Shown piece by piece: positions 24,175 to 28,569 of a stretch of DNA of 28,569 nt; position 1 is the first letter of the stretch; the number at the start of each line of letters is the position of its first letter. The notes below the pieces were generated by a model. That model was given only the letters and a program-made list of their open reading frames with translations, was not told the DNA's origin and made no database searches. A program made the position numbers and the translations under genes. This DNA comes from an archaeon. Lineage in GTDB: Archaea; Aenigmatarchaeota; Aenigmatarchaeia; CG10238-14; SCSR01. The stretch spans positions 1-28,569 of the forward strand of contig SCSR01000092.1 in the NCBI GenBank assembly GCA_004297575.1. The letters run 5' to 3'.

Positions 24175-25086
24175 CTACTTCAGCTTGACTGTCATGAAAT
24201 CATGAGCAATCTTGGTCTTCTTGAAAACCTTCTGCGCCTCTTTCTCCAGTTCCTTGGTATCAGTATATCTCCTGCTCAAGTGCGTGAGAACCAGCTGCTC
24301 GACCTTGGCCTTTTTCGCAACCTCTGCAGCATCCGCGACAGTGGCATGATACTTGCCTCCAGACTCTTCAGCCTCCAGGAACGTGCCGTCATGTATCAGC
24401 AAGTTCACTCCCTTGGAAATATTCACCACATTATCGCACGGCTTGGTATCTCCTGTATAAACAACACTCAATCCCGGCGCAACCTTCGCCACATCTTCCA
24501 GATTGACAGTCTTGCCGTCATGCTCCGCCTTGCCTTCGCTCTTCAATTTCTTCAGCCACGCTCCGCCTTTCAATCCAAGTTTCTTAATCTTACTCATCTC
24601 GATGTTGTACTTGTCCTTTTCCTTGAACATGTATGCGACCGACGGCACGGTGTGGAGAGTAGGCGTTGAATAGACTTCCCAATCAGCTGTCTCGAAAATC
24701 TTTGTAATCTGGTCTCCTTCGTACGGCACGTTGATCGCCTCGACCGGGAACTTTAATCCGAAATATCCCAAGTCGATAATGTCTGCGACAAACCTCTCAG
24801 CCTCTGGCCCGAATATCTTCAATTCCTTCTGGCGCTTCTCCAAATTCATAGTCTGTATTAACGGAATCAATCCTGCAAAATGGTCCGCATGCCAATGAGT
24901 AATAAATATAGTGTCGATATCCATGAAGCTGATTCCAGCTATCAATAATTGTTTCTGCGTCCCTTCACCGCAATCGAAAAGCAGCGTGTCCTTGTTCTCG
25001 CTCTGATATTCTAGCGCGATGGCTGAATGATTTCTGTCCTTTGTGGGAATGCCAGACACAGTGCCGAGGAATGTGATGTCTATCAT
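24175..25086 (-). CDS. rnz: Ribonuclease Z (short form)
   Basis: ITFLGT, LFDCGEGTQ, ITHWHADHFAG (HxHxDH), exosite with G..GG.W, YTGDT, IHDGTF, HAT, LTHLSRRY. Start at MIDITF (25086) with AGGTG upstream. Confidence 0.97.
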   Translation of the reverse strand: MIDITFLGTVSGIPTKDRNHSAIALEYQSENKDTLLFDCGEGTQKQLLIAGISFMDIDTIFITHWHADHFAGLIPLIQTMNLEKRQKELKIFGPEAERFVADIIDLGYFGLKFPVEAINVPYEGDQITKIFETADWEVYSTPTLHTVPSVAYMFKEKDKYNIEMSKIKKLGLKGGAWLKKLKSEGKAEHDGKTVNLEDVAKVAPGLSVVYTGDTKPCDNVVNISKGVNLLIHDGTFLEAEESGGKYHATVADAAEVAKKAKVEQLVLTHLSRRYTDTKELEKEAQKVFKKTKIAHDFMTVKLK

Positions 25087-25484
25087 GACAACGTACACCT
25101 GCCTTTAACAAAATGAAACAATCTTTCAGCAGTGATTTTCGCCTCGTCTGCATCAGCTTGCTTCATTAATTTCTCGCCATATTCTGCATCGCTCTTGATT
25201 GACAAGAGTTTTGACAACCTTTTAGAATTGTTTTTTATCTCCATATCATTAGTATCGATACCCAAAAATAAAGCGACTGCATCCTCGTGCCTTTCTCCAG
25301 CATGCCTAGAGCCTGTTTTGAAAACACACGGGGCATCGGCAGAGGCTATCGCTGATTGCACAGCGCCAATTACGCATGCGTTCCACTCTTTGTTGCCATA
25401 AGACCAGTTCATTGCATTAACACATTCTTCTGCACGCTTCAAGTAGTCTTTAAATTTGGATTTGTCTACAGGTCGCGTCCTCAT
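25083..25484 (-). CDS. HEPN-domain protein (putative toxin)
   Basis: All-helical pattern YLKRAEEC...A...AVQSAI..ADA...RHAGERHEDA...LLSIKSDAEY; directly downstream of an MNT gene. Confidence 0.82.
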   Translation of the reverse strand: MRTRPVDKSKFKDYLKRAEECVNAMNWSYGNKEWNACVIGAVQSAIASADAPCVFKTGSRHAGERHEDAVALFLGIDTNDMEIKNNSKRLSKLLSIKSDAEYGEKLMKQADADEAKITAERLFHFVKGRCTLS

Positions 25485-26059
25485 CAGACCACCCTCATGC
25501 CTTTATTGATATTGTCAGCCAGTTTTTTATTCAGTTTTTTGAATTCTTCAACCGTGTATATACGGAATGAAGGCACGTTGCCATAGCGTTTTATGAATTT
25601 TTCTTCAAGCTTCGACAATTCCTGCGCCAAGTCCTTCTTAATGTTTTTCTCAGTCAATATGCACACATCAATATCGCTATTCACAGCCTCTTTGCCCTCT
25701 GCCACAGACCCGAAGATTATAATGTCCTTTATGCCCGGGTAACTGAAAAGTATGCGCAAATTATCTTTAAGGTCTGCTAGTGGTGGCATGTTAGCTAAAT
25801 GCCTAAGGTTGGTTATCGACACGAATGCATAACTTTCCATATTCAGTTTCCAAATATGGATATTCCCGATTCTTTGCGGTGTGACCAAATTCGCATCATT
25901 GAAGTCTTTGATTATTTTGTTGACTGCTGTATGGGATATGCCGAGTATCCTAGATATCTCCCTCTCGCTCGTAGGCGTGTCTTCGGATAGCAAGTAAAGC
26001 AATACCTTCAATTTTGCCTTCGAACCCAATACCAATTCGGGGAAGTTATGGAATTTCAT
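25484..26059 (-). CDS. Minimal nucleotidyltransferase (MNT) with N-terminal wHTH (putative antitoxin/autoregulator)
   Basis: SEREISRILGISHTAVNKII HTH; IIIFGSVAEGKEAVNSDIDVCIL (GSx10DxD); TGATG overlap with the HEPN gene. Confidence 0.9.
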   Translation of the reverse strand: MKFHNFPELVLGSKAKLKVLLYLLSEDTPTSEREISRILGISHTAVNKIIKDFNDANLVTPQRIGNIHIWKLNMESYAFVSITNLRHLANMPPLADLKDNLRILFSYPGIKDIIIFGSVAEGKEAVNSDIDVCILTEKNIKKDLAQELSKLEEKFIKRYGNVPSFRIYTVEEFKKLNKKLADNINKGMRVV

Positions 26060-26065
26060 ATGAAA

Positions 26066-26100
26066 AGTTTACAATTGTAAACTTAAATAGTTTACAATTG
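26066..26100. promoter_or_regulatory. Operator-like sites around the MNT-HEPN promoter
   Basis: Perfect 18-bp palindrome AGTTTACAATTGTAAACT (26066-26083) and a second AGTTTACAATTG copy (26089-26100) flank a TATTTAAG box on the minus strand about 25 nt before the MNT start. Confidence 0.7.
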
Positions 26101-26136
26101 GCAATTATTTTAAACCAGTCTTTCTTTCTAAAAATA

Positions 26137-26811
26137 CTATGCCCTTGAAAGACGCGAATAGATGGTCAATACCTCGATTACAGCAGCTAAAATCAGTAAC
26201 AATGCGATCAACGCCAGAATCTTTATGGATTGCTTGCCCGTAGACAACAAAGCATTCTTTCGGGATATCCTCTTTTTGGAAATCCATCTTGGAAAGAATA
26301 GGGACACTCCCAGATAAAAGCCTTCGGTTGAAGCAAGTATTATAGAAACTGTCTCTAACAGAAACACAATTACAATACCAATCATCTCCAGTATAGAGTA
26401 CGCAGAAGAGACTGTGCCGAAGAGAAAACCGATGAGAAATCCATTAGACAACAGAAAGAATGGGATAGGCAGGAAAATCAATCCACCCAACATCAGCAAA
26501 ATATTTGACTTTATGTTATTCAGAAAAATTAGCACGGTTAATTGAACATATTCTCCCCTTTTTGCAAAACCCTCAAATACTGATAGGTAATCGAACACTG
26601 GTTTAAGGCTATCACGAACCTGAACTTTCTCATTCTCGCTTAGAGCATTGTATTCATTTGCTGATAACAGACCGTATAATATGCTGGCTACAAACAACAA
26701 AATGGTCAAACCCATTACAATTTTTGACATAGACTTTAGAATACGCATGGTATCATTGAAAAAACCGTACATATGGTTAATTTTATTTATTGTATACTTA
26801 GTTAGTTGCAT
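26137..26811 (-). CDS. Stage II sporulation protein M (SpoIIM)-like membrane protein
   Basis: IFLNN..NILL..GG...LLSNGFLIG...LET..IILAS..GF.LG; the usual PHG motif is missing. True start may be 26772 or later. Confidence 0.7.
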   Translation of the reverse strand: MQLTKYTINKINHMYGFFNDTMRILKSMSKIVMGLTILLFVASILYGLLSANEYNALSENEKVQVRDSLKPVFDYLSVFEGFAKRGEYVQLTVLIFLNNIKSNILLMLGGLIFLPIPFFLLSNGFLIGFLFGTVSSAYSILEMIGIVIVFLLETVSIILASTEGFYLGVSLFFPRWISKKRISRKNALLSTGKQSIKILALIALLLILAAVIEVLTIYSRLSRA

Positions 26812-26898
26812 GTATGGAAGTGGTAAAGTTTCGGTATTAAAGATTTAACTCAACCGGGGTTCAATAAGCATTTAAGCTTAATTACCAATCTCAAATTT

Positions 26899-27222
26899 AT
26901 GTCATTGATTGAAGAGGTGTACTTGGGTGTTGCGTTTACTATTACTAAAGAAGCTGAGAGAATTGTGGGTGGAGATAAAATTTCGGGGGGGCGCCGACCA
27001 AATCATAATGCAATTTATAGGGAAGTGCGTGAAAGAGCAAGATACATTACAAAAGAGTATCATGACTTGCTAAAAGAGGCAGGTGAAGATACAAAATTGT
27101 TTGGCACGTACGTATACGCATCGCTAAGATCATGTGTTGCATGTTTTTATCTAAGTGAAGATTTGGAAGTAAGACTTGCAAAGCTTCCTACAGAAGATGA
27201 AATGCCGATAAAATCAAGCTAG
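26899..27222 (+). CDS. Hypothetical protein
   Basis: 107-aa ORF after a TTTAAG box, filling the gap; 3' end overlaps the cca 3' end by 9 bp. No motif recognised. Confidence 0.5.
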   Translation: MSLIEEVYLGVAFTITKEAERIVGGDKISGGRRPNHNAIYREVRERARYITKEYHDLLKEAGEDTKLFGTYVYASLRSCVACFYLSEDLEVRLAKLPTEDEMPIKSS

Positions 27223-28569
27223 CTTTTCTTTCTCAAAATACTTTCTCAAGAAAATGCCGAAATCCTGGTTCCTCTCAGCGACCTGCATGATGGCATCACC
27301 TGAGATGATGTCAAATCCGTTCGCAACCCTCTCTGCAAGATGATTCGGCACGCCTTTTGCCAGCAGTATATCCAATGGCTGCTTCAGGCTGTCCTGCAAT
27401 TTCTCACCGGCTGTCAGGAACTGTCTCTTCGTCTCCACGACCCAGTTGTTGTTCTCCACGTAGACTGCAGATGCAATATCCTTGTACTTGCCTAGGAAAT
27501 TCTCCACATCCTTCTTGTCGAAGACGCTCGGCCCGACACGCTTTTGCACATTCGGCAGCTTACCCACTTCCATCTCCAGCAAAACTGCAGCAATGAATTT
27601 CTCATCAGTGAAAACATCCTTGCCGAAAACCTTGAACTCATACTGCGTCTCTTCCAATATCCCCTGCAACCTCTCTCCTAACTTCCTCAACTGCGGCCAT
27701 AGTATGTCCGGCACCACTTTGGGCGGAATGAACTTGACAACAACAATCTCCGTAACCCTCTGCTCTTGCAGCTGCATCATCTCCTGCTTGGTCAACGGCA
27801 GCATCTTCTTCGGGAAAAACATCTCTTCTGACGGGTAATCCAAAAACAGCTTGGCGCATTTCTTGAACTTGTAGAAATCGTATGCCGACAATGCAGCAGC
27901 CGTATTCCTGTTCCTGTCAGTCGGGTCTATCAGCACCAATGCCTGGCTCTTGAAATTCCCCAGCACCTTCGGATAATCCTGCTTTTGGTATACTTTCTCG
28001 ATATCAATCAACTGTGATACTTGCCAATCCGTCGCAGCCCTCAACACGTCAAGGAAACTGCCATATGCTATCACCAACAGCTCGCACACATAACCGGAAT
28101 ATCCACCAGTCTTGGCATCCGCGCCGTACATGCCGTTTGATTTCAAAAACTGCTTCAATAGCCTGACTTCAGGCGCCAGTTTCTGCGGCAGGTGCTTTTC
28201 TATATACTGCACATGGAATGGTGTCCTATCTACAGCGGACTTGATCTGTTCTGCAGAAGCCACCTTGTAACAAGGAACGATATCAACTGAAATGCTGCCT
28301 ATCAGCCCTGTGACATACGGATGCTCGGCATAATCCACTTTCGCCTCGCCTTTGAGCTTGCCTATGACCGCCTTGCCTATCCTGAGCCCGTTCTCCTCAA
28401 GCTGTTTCTTGGTCATTTTTTCAGGAAAAAGCACGAAAACATCGAATTCCCTCTTGTCCGGAAGCCATGTGTTACGGGTGATGCTGCCTGCCAGTATAGC
28501 CTGCCCGCCGTATTTCCTAGCCATGCCGTTTGCCATTGACAAAACTCGCTTGGAAAGGCTCAGAAGGGC
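27214..28569 (-). CDS. cca: CCA-adding enzyme, archaeal class I (5' end outside the window)
   Basis: GSITRNTWL..REFDVF, YAEHPYV, VDIVPCY, SAVDRTPFH, GGYSGYVCELL, IDPTDRNRNTAAA. The frame stays open to the window edge (ALLSLSKRVLS-MANG...), so it is partial. Confidence 0.97.
   Translation of the reverse strand, partial: ALLSLSKRVLSMANGMARKYGGQAILAGSITRNTWLPDKREFDVFVLFPEKMTKKQLEENGLRIGKAVIGKLKGEAKVDYAEHPYVTGLIGSISVDIVPCYKVASAEQIKSAVDRTPFHVQYIEKHLPQKLAPEVRLLKQFLKSNGMYGADAKTGGYSGYVCELLVIAYGSFLDVLRAATDWQVSQLIDIEKVYQKQDYPKVLGNFKSQALVLIDPTDRNRNTAAALSAYDFYKFKKCAKLFLDYPSEEMFFPKKMLPLTKQEMMQLQEQRVTEIVVVKFIPPKVVPDILWPQLRKLGERLQGILEETQYEFKVFGKDVFTDEKFIAAVLLEMEVGKLPNVQKRVGPSVFDKKDVENFLGKYKDIASAVYVENNNWVVETKRQFLTAGEKLQDSLKQPLDILLAKGVPNHLAERVANGFDIISGDAIMQVAERNQDFGIFLRKYFEKEKLA

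Noticed and set aside
28430-28500. CCA enzyme has EFD rather than DxD at the metal-binding site, suggesting inactivation
   Set aside because: ExD at this position is normal in archaeal class I CCA-adding enzymes.
748-28539. Many 60-320 aa ORFs in the track lying antisense to or nested in identified genes (e.g. 748-1134, 6276-6920, 9954-10433, 12948-13901, 15464-16321, 16533-17360, 24202-24669)
   Set aside because: They are shadow frames of well-supported genes, rich in Ser/Phe/Leu, with no recognisable motifs.
1-28569. CRISPR array, rRNA, SRP RNA near srp54, tRNA introns
   Set aside because: No regularly spaced repeats, no long GC-rich non-coding stretch, and both anticodon loops are 7 nt.

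Overview
Archaeal chromosomal window. The evidence is Sec61beta, RFC small subunit, prefoldin alpha, FtsY, SRP54, Pus10, L21e, Rpo4, DUF655, EF-1beta with its zinc-finger neighbour, RNase Z, a class I CCA-adding enzyme, and TATA-like boxes close to start codons. The very compact layout suggests a streamlined, DPANN-like archaeon, but that is an inference. Conserved housekeeping genes (about 48-57% GC in spot counts of 60-nt lines) are interleaved with lower-GC accessory genes (about 25-40% in spot counts), often on the opposite strand and tail-to-tail with the upstream core gene. There are two intron-less tRNA genes (Pro-GGG, Arg-GCG). Two small genes missing from the ORF track were added: Sec61beta (85-243) and a DUF1610-type zinc finger (20609-20770). 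Accessory blocks: (i) a low-GC nucleotide-metabolism islet (stand-alone PPDK-N-like ATP-grasp protein, divergent PyrF and PyrE, MoaA-like radical SAM enzyme); (ii) a GT2 plus GT-C glycosylation pair after tRNA-Pro; (iii) a convergent AbrB/PIN pair, where the PIN gene trails an unknown 242-aa gene that is divergent from a wHTH-PC4/Whirly-like protein; (iv) a defence islet after tRNA-Arg (AbiJ-NTD4-like protein and Shedu/DUF4263 nuclease); (v) an MNT-HEPN toxin-antitoxin pair whose stop codon overlaps the RNase Z start, 1.2 kb from the CCA-adding enzyme. No CRISPR array, rRNA, transposase or integrase was seen. All family calls are from motif recognition by eye; no searches were run.
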